From positions 1 through 64,000 of IMG/VR virus record IMGVR_UViG_3300037722_000409: DNA of 64,000 nucleotides, one strand, 5' to 3'. Under the pieces are notes generated by a model, which was given only the letters and a program-made list of their open reading frames with translations, made no database searches and was not told the origin of the DNA. Shown piece after piece: positions 39,724 through 50,379 of the stretch. Positions within the stretch are counted from its first letter, which is position 1. Every line of letters starts with the position of its first letter. A program made the translations under genes and the position numbers. This DNA comes from a virus.

Positions 39724-39892
39724 CATAAACGAGGTCTCCCGATACAGCCTCACCAAAGCAAATCGGGACGGTGGCAACCGTGACAGCCCGCGACACAGAA
39801 CAGCGCGTTAACTGAGATGACACAAGAACACAGATCAGGATCTCATATGAAGCCGCTCGTGAGCCTTATGGATCAGGGGCGGTTTAAATGAG
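39724..39892 (+). ncRNA. Structured RNA candidate, copy 2
   Basis: Pseudoknot GAGG/CCTC + TCCCGAT/ATCGGGA, further stems TGAGAT/ATCTCA and AAGCCGCTC/GGGGCGGTTT; homologous to 43534 and 3850. Confidence 0.7.
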
Positions 39893-39920
39893 GACCAAGA
39901 TCTAAGCAAAGGAGAGTCGC

Positions 39921-40109
39921 ATGAGAATACCAGAGTCGACCCCCAATGAAATCTCTCAAATGCAAGCTGAGATAATCAAAGACATCGATCGCCTTACCGA
40001 GGAGCTCTTCGAAGCGCAAGAGGCCCTCGCGTACTTGAAAGACCACAAAAACGGCGACCACGCGGACCGGCACGATCTAAGTAAAGGAGAGTCACATGAT
40101 AATACCTGA
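39921..40109 (+). CDS. Small early protein, tandem paralogue 1
   Basis: MRIPESTPNEISQM; AAGGAG RBS. Confidence 0.65.
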   Translation: MRIPESTPNEISQMQAEIIKDIDRLTEELFEAQEALAYLKDHKNGDHADRHDLSKGESHDNT

Positions 40110-40281
40110 CGCCACTCCCGAAGAAATCACTCAAATGGTCGAAGAGTTGAAGGCTGCGTACGGGGCAGCAACCGACGCGGCCGCCGACGCCTTAGAAGCT
40201 ATGGAAACCTTGTACGATCACCGGTGTGGTAAGCACTCAACTAAACGTGATTTAATGTGCCTCGCCTGCGGGGCTGACTAA
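40096..40281 (+). CDS. Small early protein, tandem paralogue 2
   Basis: MIIPDATPEEITQM; duplicated RBS region. Confidence 0.65.
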   Translation: MIIPDATPEEITQMVEELKAAYGAATDAAADALEAMETLYDHRCGKHSTKRDLMCLACGAD

Positions 40282-40293
40282 GGAGGGCCACCA

Positions 40294-43200
40294 ATGGACA
40301 AATTTACCTTGGAGTACACGCAAGCCATGGTACGGGAACTGTACAACGCGACCATGGACACTCTGAACACCCTACTGCCGAGCGAGCGCGACCTGCGCGC
40401 AGCTATCATAGCTGAGCGTCGAGCCTACGGTGTAGTCCTCGATAACATCAGAGCTTTACTGCTGGAGGTCAACTCTTAATGAACGCCACTCTCAAGCCCC
40501 ACCGAGCCACGATCCTCAGTCTCCTGACCCACGTGCAAGAGTCCGGCAAGGCCTCTCGCTCGGATATGTTCCAGTACCTGCGCTCCACCACGCCCATGAG
40601 CACCAAGAACGTCAACAATCTGATAAACGACCTGATGGCGGACGGCGCCTTCACGGTCGCATGGAGGTAACAGATGTTACTCAAGCTCGTCGCCTTCGGG
40701 CTTTTCGCCTACGGGTTCTTCTCTGGCTGCGCCTACCTGATCAATAAGATCAACGCCGCGCACGCTGCGGAGGCTGCCAACGTGGAGGCTCTACTCCGGG
40801 CCGCTGGATTGAGCTAACATGGAACCCAAGAGGACCTGCCCGTGTGGGTTTGACCTGAGCTTGGTAAGGTGCACCGAGCTCTACGGCGTCAAGATGCACC
40901 GCCCAATAAATCCCCCGAAAGGAGAGTATTAGATATGGCGAACAAAGCGGAAGTCACCAACCTGGTAGCGGTCAACCTCTACGAGAGGGTCTTCAAGAGC
41001 GGCAGCACCGGCTTCTTTGGCCGGGTCGTCGATCCCGCGACCGGTAAGCAGTATCAGATCACCGCCGCCGTCGAGATCGGTACCAAGCCCAAGGCGGCCT
41101 AACTCGTCACCGTCCCAACTAACTCGCAGGTGAACGACATGATTACCTTAGTCTAGCGCGTGACGCGCTCTCAGTATAAGTTTCACCTCTTAAACACCTC
41201 TTTATAAAGAGGGGCAAGTTTGAACAACACCAAGGGTGGCACCTGTCGGCTGGCAGGCACATAGCTCACCCACGGGCACGTTTGACTACTGATCACTGCC
41301 GCCTGCAACACGGCGGCACAATTGAGCAGCCAAGCTAGGTAAGGAGCAACACATGAAGGACTCAAGCAAACACGTAAAGCGCTCCCTAAAGGTACTGAGC
41401 AATCGGCAACTGCAGCACCCCATAATGCACCACTTCGTGGAAGACGTGAGCACTCACCAGTGTGAGAAGTGCCAGCTAGCGCGGAGCGCCCACTGCAAGT
41501 AGAAAAGGAGGAAACGCCATGAGTGTAAAGGGGGAGGCCAGGGCCAAGCGCCTCGACAGCAAGCGCGCCAATAGCCAGCCCCGCTCCAACCGCAAGGCCC
41601 TCATGGTCGGGATGTACGCCCGCCTGACCCGGTCTTTGAAGGAGGCGCGGCTGAGTAAAATTACACAAAAGGAGAGCAATGGTTGATCTAAAGGGGCTCA
41701 TAATCGGGGTGGTGGCTGGGTTTGCCTTCGCCCTCGTAGGGGTATACGCCTACAACATCCTGACGATCAATGGCACGGCCACCGGTGTAGAAGGCATCGA
41801 GGCGGACAAGCTCGTCTTCACCGCGCAATTGTACCCCAACGAGACCGTGGTCGAGACCATCACGTTCACCAACCTCGGCAGCGAGGCTATAGACATCGAC
41901 CTGAGTGACGTGGTCACCGGCCCTAACCCCAGCACCATCACGGTAGACCTGCCGGCGAAGCTCACGATACTGGGCGGCGGCACCAAGACCGCTGATGTGG
42001 AGATGGTGGCTAAGAACAACCTGGAGCCCGGCGAGTACAATATCCAGATTTTAGTAACACGGTAGGAGGTAAACAACATGGGTTGGTGGAAAACGGACTT
42101 CGACATTTCCATAGGCGACGAGCCGGCCGACATCGTAGGCTCTGGCTTGGAGGCTCTCCTGGCAGAGTGTCAGCTGAGGATCCCTGGGTTCACCGAGGAT
42201 CAGTTCATGGCTACGGTGTCATTCGTGGCCGGTGGTATTCCCTGCGGGTACTCCCTGGACCTAGCTCAGAGGGGCCTAACAGAGCTACCCATGGACTACG
42301 ACTTCAACTCTCCGACGGCTGAACTTACCCCAGCACTCGGCTCCTCCCAGACCTTGGGGTTTCCAGCTACTGAAAAGTGGATCGACACCTACGAATACAC
42401 CGGGGGTGAACTCTTAAAAGTGTCTCGGCTCACTACCGACGCCCCTGACATGGAACTTGACGAGCTGGTACAGAGCATCAAGGCAGAGATCATGGCTGAT
42501 ATCAGAGACGATATCCTGCCACGGTACGTGGGCAGCTTTGAGGAGCTCAACGACTCGGTTGACGCCTGGGAGTACGGCGATTTGACTAACACCAGTGAAG
42601 ACCTGCGCCAGCTCACCCTCGCAGAGGTGAACTACATCCACGGCAAGATTGACTACTGGCTGCAGGGTCAGCCCGGGATCGAAGAGTAAAGGGTTCCTGC
42701 CCCCTGGGTGAGATTACAAATCGGAGGATCGTATGAACATCACCACGAAAACCATGCTTGCCACCGCCTTGGCCACCCTTGACAGCTCAGCTGACTTCCG
42801 AGAGGCCAACACCATGTTCAATATGGCGCACCGCGCGCTGCAGGCACGAGCTCGCGGCCAGTTCCACGTGGGAGACGCGGTCAAGTTCACCGACAAGTCC
42901 GGTCAGGTCATCACCGGCCTAGTGGCCGCCATCAACCCGAAGAACATCAAGGTGAATCAGTTCCACCATGTACCCGGAGAACTTCCGACCCGGTGGAACG
43001 TCACTCCGTCCTTACTGACGCCCGCGGGTGCACGGTGAAGAAGCTGACCTCAACTGAGTCACTGAAAGCGATGACTCGGATCATCGAGGCGCTCACCACC
43101 ATACGGGAGGAGTCCAACCACTTTCACCGGCACCGCTACGAACTGAACATGCACACCCGAGACCTGGTTGCCCACATTAACACCATCCGAGAGACCTACG

Positions 43201-43389
43201 GGCTCTTACCTTTTGAGGAGGACCCAACCGATGGCAAACTCTAGAATCTGCACCCCCTGCTCCAAGGGCTCCAACAAGAACTGCCAGAAGCGGTTCGCCG
43301 CTCCCTCCAACCGGACCGAGCTTACCCACGGGCAGCAGCCCAGGCGGCCCCTCTACTCCTACAAGTGCCCCAACGCCCCTAAGTCCTAG
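40294..43389 (+). other. Run of small early-type hypothetical genes (40294-40479, 40479-40670, 40935-41102, 41352-41501, 41679-42065 membrane-anchored Ig-like, 42078-42689, 42733-43038, 43035-43244, 43231-43389)
   Basis: Closely packed + strand ORFs, most with GGAG(G) RBS. Confidence 0.6.
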
Positions 43390-43400
43390 CCTCCGCAGTC

Positions 43401-43420
43401 AGGGCGCCTTATGGCGCCCT
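43401..43420 (+). terminator. Hairpin AGGGCGCC-TTAT-GGCGCCCT
   Basis: Perfect stem immediately before promoter copy 3. Confidence 0.5.
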
Positions 43421-43422
43421 TC

Positions 43423-43482
43423 AAACTGTTATCTTCCTGTTACTTTAGGCCTATATACATTAGCACCCTACGGGTATATGAT
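43423..43482 (+). promoter_or_regulatory. Early promoter copy 3: TGTTAT-N5-TGTTAC box + TATACA-N17-TATGAT
   Basis: Same architecture as 39604. Confidence 0.7.
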
Positions 43483-43533
43483 ATATCTACGGTAAAGAAC
43501 AGGGAGCCAACAGTCAACAGTACTTAAGCCACA

Positions 43534-43697
43534 CATAGACGAGGTCGCTCGATACAGCCTCACCAAATCAAATCGAGCCGGTGGTCAACGTGAAGACCCG
43601 CGACAGAGAACAGCGCGTTAACTGGGAGGCCACAAGAACACAGGATCAATTCCGCATATGAAGCCAACGAGCCTTACGGATCGCCGGCTTAAGTGAG
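43534..43697 (+). ncRNA. Structured RNA candidate, copy 3
   Basis: GAGG/CCTC + GCTCGAT/ATCGAGC pseudoknot; AAGCC/GGCTT stem; high identity to copy 2 with compensatory changes. Confidence 0.7.
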
Positions 43698-43749
43698 CAA
43701 TGGATTACAAGGAGCCTTAAATGGTTACATTTTCTTACGAGCAGCGACG

Positions 43750-46392
43750 GTGATTGTAATCACGGTCGAGCTTTGGCCGGGTGGCAGAGAGTCTCAAAAA
43801 CGGACTCTGGCGACAGCCACCATAACAAATGACGGCACGGGAACCAAGACCACTGGCAACTACCGGTACAAGCTTAGCGGTGCTAACGGGACCCCTATGA
43901 AGAAGGGTATAGGGAGAGTGCTTGGCTTTGCGCGCAAACGCAAGCATGTTTGGGAGCTTACGCACGCGGTTCTTCAAAATATATATAGCCCGGAGGTAAG
44001 TACTCATGGAAAAGTCTGAGATCGTAGAGCGTCTCTTGGAGATCCGAGATGAGGTCAGCACCTTGGTTAACGAGGCGGCTGACATGCTGCAGCACACGAA
44101 TGCCTACAGTCGAGCAGACGCCTACTGGCTGGCACAGATGCAAGCGGCCCTCGGCAACAGCGGGCGAGAGATGTGCACCATAGTAGACACCATCGACGCA
44201 CTTTCTCCCCACGTGTGCTCACACTGCGGCCACACGTACGAGTTCGACTACTGCGAACGAGAGACCTGCTACTAAACTGCCAGCTGGTCAAAAATCAGTG
44301 AACTAAAGGAAGCTTACATGATCAAGATATACGAGACCGAGTTTCCGCGAGAATACTGGCCCTCTGACGAGGAGGTAGCTCTCATGGAGCACGCTGGGCT
44401 AGAGGACAGTAGCTGGCACAATGAGGCGTGCTGCAGCTGGAGTGACTACATGAAAGAGATCCAGCTCTTCATCCACCCAGTCGAACCCAAAGACCACGAG
44501 TACCCCAACCCGTTTCGGATCCACATCTTGACCATACGTGACGACCAGGACACCGAGTCGTTGCTCAGCACCAACAGCCTTGACGAGGCGCTGGCGTTCA
44601 TAGTCAAGTACTGATGTACAACGCCACCGTCTTCGAGCTTAAGGCCGACACGAAGGGCAGCATGCGAATTGCCCAGGTCTTTCTAGCGGAGCTCGACAAC
44701 AAGGGGCGGATGACACGCTCGTCCGCCCTACAGAACACCGGCCTCGAGGGCAGCCACGCGTACCACAAGCACTTTCTTAGTGTTCACCCCGGCTCCACTC
44801 TCGAGATAACGTTAGACGGGGGTCTAGGATACGAGTCCATGGTTAACGGGGGCGTACCTCAAAAGTCGCCCCAGTGCACCTCTATCTCGTATAGACGAGC
44901 CCATCCACGTCCCCACCCCAGCAAGCCACGAGACACGGATACCGATTAAATTTACACGGAGGACAAGTATGACCACGCCAGAAGTAATCAAGCCCGCGGT
45001 GCAGCTCAGTGGACAGGACGGAAACGTATTCAATCTTATCGGCCTGGCGGCCAAAGCCCTCAAGAGGGCTGGCTTGAAGCAGGAGGCCAGCGACCTCACC
45101 AGCCGCGCCTTTAAGGCGGACAGCTACGGAGCTGTTCTCGAGCTGATCGCGGAGTACTGCGAGGTCAGCTAACCAGACACAAGACAGGGGGGTGACTTGC
45201 ATGGAGCCGTTTATCATCTTTCCATACAGCGTGCGCGGCAAGGTGTTCGTGGAAGCCTACCCCCTCAAGGACCGCCCTGAGCCGATTCAAGCTCTGGCCC
45301 CTATTGGGAGTATAATAGTGTATGCTCCCTCGCGCAACAACGCGCGCCGGCAAGCCTACACTCGGTGGATTCGCTCTGACGGGGCAGGCTTCAACAAGTT
45401 TTCACGGTCACCATGGGACATCACGTTTAAGGAGGCACATCATGGCTAGCGGCTACTACCCGCCAGGGGTCACCGGCAACGAGTACGCCATATCTGGCCC
45501 GGACTACGAGCAAGAGATCGACGGTGAGTGTCCTCACTGCGGGGAATCGGCTCTCATGGAGATAGGATACCGGCACGAGGCGTGGGTCACCTGCACCATG
45601 TGTGGTAAGCTGCCAACCGATCCCCTCAGCCCCGAGCGCCAAGAGGAGCTCTTCAACCTGTAGAAGGCTCTCAGCCTTTTACGGACTCCTCCCAATGTGA
45701 TATGATAGCAGGAGGCAGCCACCATGAAGTTTGGACGCAAGCCCCCAGCGTGCGAAAAGTGCGGGTATACCAAGTACACCGAGACCTGCCGAACTTGCCC
45801 ATCAAAAGACGAGGTAGCCATGAGTGACAACAGCAACTGTGAGCGGTGCGGCCGCTCTATCGCTTTTAACTCCGGCCTTGGCTCATGGGAGCACCACGAG
45901 CGCGGCATCACCGACCACGAGGCCAAGCTCGACTTGACCGAACGTGACAACAACAACGAGTTCATGCCAGCAGCGCTGTCGGCCCCGGTCGTGAAGGCGA
46001 GCCTTCGTTGCCCAGACTGCGCAGAGCCAGTCACTAAGCTGAACACTGGAGGGTACGTCCACGACTACGCGGCCATCGGCGAGAAGCTAGCCTACATGAA
46101 ACCCAGCGTGGTCATGGCCAATCCCGTCTTGATAGACGACTCATGCGCGGAGATAATGGTGACCGCTGAGGTGGGATCGTACGACACAACGGAGCTCGTC
46201 CCTATGGACCACCGCGTACCTGTAAACGCGACCATTAAGTTCGCCGCGGTCAACGCCGCTATGGTCGTATACTTTCAGGAAGAGCTAGACCGAAGTCCCG
46301 ACTGGGTTGAGAGAGACTGGGCCACGGTACGCTGGCACGGTGAGCGTCAGCGGTGCGGGTGCCCAACCTGCCGCTACCACTTCGGAGAGTAG
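43750..46392 (+). other. Run of small hypothetical genes (43750-44019, 44006-44275, 44318-44614, 44614-44949, 44969-45172, 45192-45449, 45442-45663, 45724-46392)
   Basis: Packed ORFs with RBS; several CxxC proteins. Confidence 0.6.
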
Positions 46393-46429
46393 GATTTACT
46401 TATCCAGGTCCACAGGTTACAATAGACTG

Positions 46430-46897
46430 GTGCACTCACTCTATATAGAGGTCAACACCGCGCCGAAGCCGAAAGGCTCGGTCAGCGCTTTTCCCTTCAA
46501 GCGCAAGAACGGAAAGATGGGCGTCTCGGTGGTACACTCGAAGGACAGCAAGGACTTCGAGAAGGTGCTCCGAGAACACCTGTCGGACCTTGCGGTCATC
46601 TCAGGCCCAGTCGCTGTCGAGCTCTGGTTCTGGATCGAGAAGCCCAAGACTGTCTCACGTCCTTACCCGTCGGTACCAGGAGACATCGACAAGCTCACGA
46701 GGTCTGTCCTTGACGCCCTCGACCACAACTGGGAGGACGACTCACGGGTCGTCGACCTGCACGCGTATAAGCGGTACGCGTCCGAGGCTCACCCAGTGGG
46801 AGTGTGGGTCTACGTACGGGAGAAGGACAGCGCTGAACTTACCCTAGAGGACCATGAGCCCACACGACGTCAGCGAGCCACCGAGGCGACACCGTAG
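46430..46897 (+). CDS. rusA: RusA-like Holliday junction resolvase
   Basis: PKPKGS, GPVAVEL.F, PGDIDKLTRSVLDAL, WEDDSRVV...K.Y. Confidence 0.85.
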   Translation: MHSLYIEVNTAPKPKGSVSAFPFKRKNGKMGVSVVHSKDSKDFEKVLREHLSDLAVISGPVAVELWFWIEKPKTVSRPYPSVPGDIDKLTRSVLDALDHNWEDDSRVVDLHAYKRYASEAHPVGVWVYVREKDSAELTLEDHEPTRRQRATEATP

Positions 46898-47953
46898 ATG
46901 ACCAGTGTACTACAGGACCCCAGTAAGATCGTCAAGACTCCAGCAGGCGGCCCACCTAAGGCCGGTCTTATCTGGAGCCCGACCCGTCACCGGTGGGTAA
47001 AGCCCCGAGCAGGTGCTCCTGGGCTACACTCTCCCATAAACCCCGGCCTGCTCGCCACCATGAGTGACACCGAGCTGGATAAGCTCCGGTCAGACACCCG
47101 CAAGCAGCTTACCACTGAGACCCGGCAGTACCAATTTAACGACCTAACCCGCGTAATGAGGCAGATAGTGAACGAGAGCAAGAAACGGCAAGTGAACCTG
47201 GTCTTGAAGAAGGCCGTCAAGCTAAGCAAGCGCCTGGCAGCCCAGGGAGCCTTGGACGGCACGGAGCTGCTGCTTAAGGGCATGACCTTAGAGGCAGCCA
47301 TTCCCCTGGAGCAGATCAGGGGCGACCTCGCACGGGCGGGACACATGGTGAAGAGCATCATCGCGCTCGATCCCGAGTCGCGCATCATCTTCTTCATGGA
47401 CGGAGACAACTCACCACGGTACTGCAGCTTCGCCGGCCCCAACCAGGGATTCTCCATACAGAAGGTCGGGTACCAGACCGAGATCGCTAAGGAGTATGAC
47501 CCCGTGGACCTGGAGCCTGACGACAGTGAGGAAAAGGCCAGCACCGAGCACGAGGAGCGCGAGTACGACGAGGACCAGAAGCCTGGCATCCTGCCCTCCG
47601 GCACCCCTGGAGAGAAGGACGAACACGACGAGAAGTACTACGAGGACCATGGCCACTTTGGCGAGGGCCTCGGCGACGAGGGCTTCAGCACCGAGAGCCG
47701 GCACACCGGACGACGTGACGAGATCAAGGGTGTCATGGAGCGACTTGAGGGCATTATAAACAAGCTCGCCCCACGTCCTGGCCTGGTGCCACAGACCGGC
47801 AATCCGGAGCACCCCGGTCGCTGGGTCAAGAACCCCAACGAGCGTGGGTCCAACGCCCGGCCGTTCAACCCAGAGGACCAGAGCATCGAGGATCGTCTCG
47901 CGCACATCGACTCGATAATTGACAGCAGGCGCGCAAAGGAACCCACCCTGTAA
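46898..47953 (+). CDS. Protein with two copies of the PPRPGL-type tag; possible internal head protein
   Basis: PPKAGLIWSPTRHRWVKP and PRPGLVPQTGNPEHPGRWVKNP; acidic middle region. Confidence 0.6.
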   Translation: MTSVLQDPSKIVKTPAGGPPKAGLIWSPTRHRWVKPRAGAPGLHSPINPGLLATMSDTELDKLRSDTRKQLTTETRQYQFNDLTRVMRQIVNESKKRQVNLVLKKAVKLSKRLAAQGALDGTELLLKGMTLEAAIPLEQIRGDLARAGHMVKSIIALDPESRIIFFMDGDNSPRYCSFAGPNQGFSIQKVGYQTEIAKEYDPVDLEPDDSEEKASTEHEEREYDEDQKPGILPSGTPGEKDEHDEKYYEDHGHFGEGLGDEGFSTESRHTGRRDEIKGVMERLEGIINKLAPRPGLVPQTGNPEHPGRWVKNPNERGSNARPFNPEDQSIEDRLAHIDSIIDSRRAKEPTL

Positions 47954-48005
47954 CCTGGGTATAATATAGCGCACGCCCGAGAAAGACGGGCAAACTGTAT
48001 GACGG

Positions 48006-48036
48006 AGGGCGATCGAAAGGTCGCCCTTTTACTTTT
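48006..48036 (+). terminator. Rho-independent terminator
   Basis: AGGGCGATC-GAAA-GGTCGCCCT followed by TTTACTTTTT. Confidence 0.8.
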
Positions 48037-48111
48037 TACAGGCAAATCAGTACCGAGTAGACTAGAGTACAATACAACCTGGGGTATTCACAACAATAGG
48101 AGAGATTAGGC

Positions 48112-48588
48112 ATGATTCTAGAGAAGATCATCAGTGGAGGACAAACCGGGGCTGATGAAGGCGGGCTGCAAGCTGCGTTTCTCGAGCACGTTACGACCGG
48201 AGGAACCGCGCCAAGAGGATACCGCACCGATATCGGTGAGGCTACTCTAACACTTCGCGATAAGTACGGCCTCGCGGAGCACTCTTCCCCGCTGTACCCG
48301 CCGCGCACGAAGAAAAACGTGCACGACTCGGACGGCACCGTCATATTTGGTGACCCGACCAGTCGTGGGTCTAAGCTTACCATCCGCTACTGCGAGACTG
48401 CCAACAAGCCCTACATCGTGCTACGAGCAGACCTGGGAAACCTTCTAGCCCAGTTCATCCTCGACAACCAGGTAAAGGTACTGAACGTCGCCGGCAACCG
48501 TGCAAGCACCGATCCCGACGTGTTCCGAGTCGCGGTAACCTCTGTACGCGGGGCCATCCGCATACTCCGCACCGCTGACCTCAGCTGA
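48112..48588 (+). CDS. SLOG-superfamily protein (cpYpsA / 'putative molybdenum carrier')
   Basis: KIISGGQTGAD, GGTAPRG, YPPRT..NV.DSDGT, LNVAGNR. Confidence 0.85.
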   Translation: MILEKIISGGQTGADEGGLQAAFLEHVTTGGTAPRGYRTDIGEATLTLRDKYGLAEHSSPLYPPRTKKNVHDSDGTVIFGDPTSRGSKLTIRYCETANKPYIVLRADLGNLLAQFILDNQVKVLNVAGNRASTDPDVFRVAVTSVRGAIRILRTADLS

Positions 48589-48624
48589 GTACAATATAAC
48601 ACGAGCAGCAAGGAGGCTTATCAC

Positions 48625-49011
48625 ATGGGCTACTATACCAAGCACTACATTACCGCTGACCCACCCACGAGTGAGAAGACCGTGACCGTGGCGTCCATAA
48701 CTGACTCACAGGTGGTCCTGTCAAAGGAGGATCGCCTCAAGCTGGTCACCGTTACCTACGACCACGCGGCGCAAGCCCTGAGGTACCTGGAGGCGCAGCA
48801 CGCCGGATACGGTGAGGGCCCCATAAAGTGGTACGACCATGAGCGTGACATGCGGGCTGTGTCCCAACATATTAGGGACGTGACGTTCTCCCTGGTCGGG
48901 TACGGTGAGGAGCACGCGGACATCTGGGTCAAGTACTTCCGCAACGGCAAGATGCAGACAGGTGCAGCCACGGTGACCTTCGTACCATTCAATGAAAAGG
49001 AGGCCAGGTAG
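48625..49011 (+). CDS. Hypothetical phage protein
   Basis: KWYDHE.DM...GYGEE..DIW..YF.NGK; RBS AAGGAGG. Confidence 0.65.
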   Translation: MGYYTKHYITADPPTSEKTVTVASITDSQVVLSKEDRLKLVTVTYDHAAQALRYLEAQHAGYGEGPIKWYDHERDMRAVSQHIRDVTFSLVGYGEEHADIWVKYFRNGKMQTGAATVTFVPFNEKEAR

Positions 49012-49282
49012 CCGGTGATCAGCCACTCCGAGATATCAGCGGCTGAGAGGTGCCCCCGGTGCGCCAAGCCGACCCGCTCCTTCGCGGAGCTGACCACCAA
49101 CCTGGTGGAGCCGAAGTATGGTGACTACTACGTGGAGCGGGCCGTGCGGTGGTGCTATCCCTGCGCCTTCGACTGGCGGGCGATGTTCTGGAAGATGCCT
49201 GTAGGCAAGTTTGACACGAGGGGATGAAAAACTGAAAGCACAGCGGACTAGTAACCAGTAATAACGCGAGAGGAGTAGTACC

Positions 49283-50281
49283 ATGAAGATCTTGGCAAGT
49301 TTAATTGCGTTGGGGGTGTCTGCCCTTGCGCTAATCGGCATAGCCAGCGCCGACAGCGTCAAGCTGTTCTCCCTGGTGGGAAGCACTAACAACCTCAACG
49401 GATATACCACGGCTGATGGCGCCACGTTTACCCAAGTATACGGACCTACCATCGCAGTCTACAGCGGAACGTTGTCATGGAGCGCCACCTTGAACGACCC
49501 AGCCAAGTTCGTGGTTTCAAAAGCTGGCGTACCGGTCGCGCCTTCGTCTGGCACGCTGTCAACAACCGCTGCTAGGGTGACTGCTGCAAACGGCAGCATC
49601 AACCTTAAGTTCGGCTTGGGCGACACTCTGGTCCTGAAAGACTTCGGCCCGGTCTACTGCGGCGAAGCTTTCGCCAAGGACAACCCATACGACAACGCCT
49701 ATGTAGTGAGGTTCTCTCCGGCCGTAAGCACCCTGGAGATGAACGGCAGACTACTCAAGACTTGTCTCACTTCTCGGACTGGCGAGCCTACTCAGTTCAG
49801 CATCGACGGCGGTGGTGGACTTAATGGTGTCGGGTCCGTGGCTAACCTCACCTTGTATGGTGAGAACGCTCCAGTTATTGAGCCAACCCCCACTCCCGAA
49901 CCCACTCCCATTGTGGTCGAGCCTACTCCCATTCCTGACCCGACTCCAACGCCTACGCCAATACCTGAGCCAACCCCGACCCCAGTTGACCAGGAGTTGG
50001 CTGACGCGTTAAAGCGGCTAGACAAGGTCGAGCAAGTGGTGGAGTACCAGAGCGACCTCCTGGCCCAAGCCAACGACGCTATTCGTAACAACACGACTGG
50101 TAATTTTGACTTGAGGCTGGACCTGTACTCTTTAGCTGAAGAGCAAGCTGCTATTGACGCAGCTCAAGCCGTAAAAGACGCCGCCCAAGATGAAGAAATT
50201 GGCTGGCTGCGCGGCATGGTGAACAACATCCAGAGCTTCATCGAATCCCTGCCGTTCTTCGGTAAAGATAAGTCCAAATAA
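49283..50281 (+). CDS. Secreted/surface protein with Pro-Thr linker and coiled-coil tail
   Basis: Signal peptide (ASA|D), EPTPTP repeats. Confidence 0.7.
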   Translation: MKILASLIALGVSALALIGIASADSVKLFSLVGSTNNLNGYTTADGATFTQVYGPTIAVYSGTLSWSATLNDPAKFVVSKAGVPVAPSSGTLSTTAARVTAANGSINLKFGLGDTLVLKDFGPVYCGEAFAKDNPYDNAYVVRFSPAVSTLEMNGRLLKTCLTSRTGEPTQFSIDGGGGLNGVGSVANLTLYGENAPVIEPTPTPEPTPIVVEPTPIPDPTPTPTPIPEPTPTPVDQELADALKRLDKVEQVVEYQSDLLAQANDAIRNNTTGNFDLRLDLYSLAEEQAAIDAAQAVKDAAQDEEIGWLRGMVNNIQSFIESLPFFGKDKSK

Positions 50282-50379
50282 ATCAGGACAGCAATGACCC
50301 CCAACGTTTAATCTAGCTCGCCTGCCAATGATTCACCCTTCGGATCGTTGGCAGGCATGGCCAGATTAGGAGGAATGAG

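Noticed and set aside
39724-39892. Assigning the repeated RNA to HDV/theta, pistol, SAM-II or preQ1 families
   Set aside because: I could not find their conserved nucleotides or topology by eye; left unassigned.
47985-48030. c-di-GMP-I riboswitch (GGCAAAC...GAAA)
   Set aside because: The remaining consensus and second stem are absent; the GAAA loop belongs to a terminator.
49875-49985. Short tandem DNA repeats
   Set aside because: Explained by the Pro-Thr linker coding sequence.
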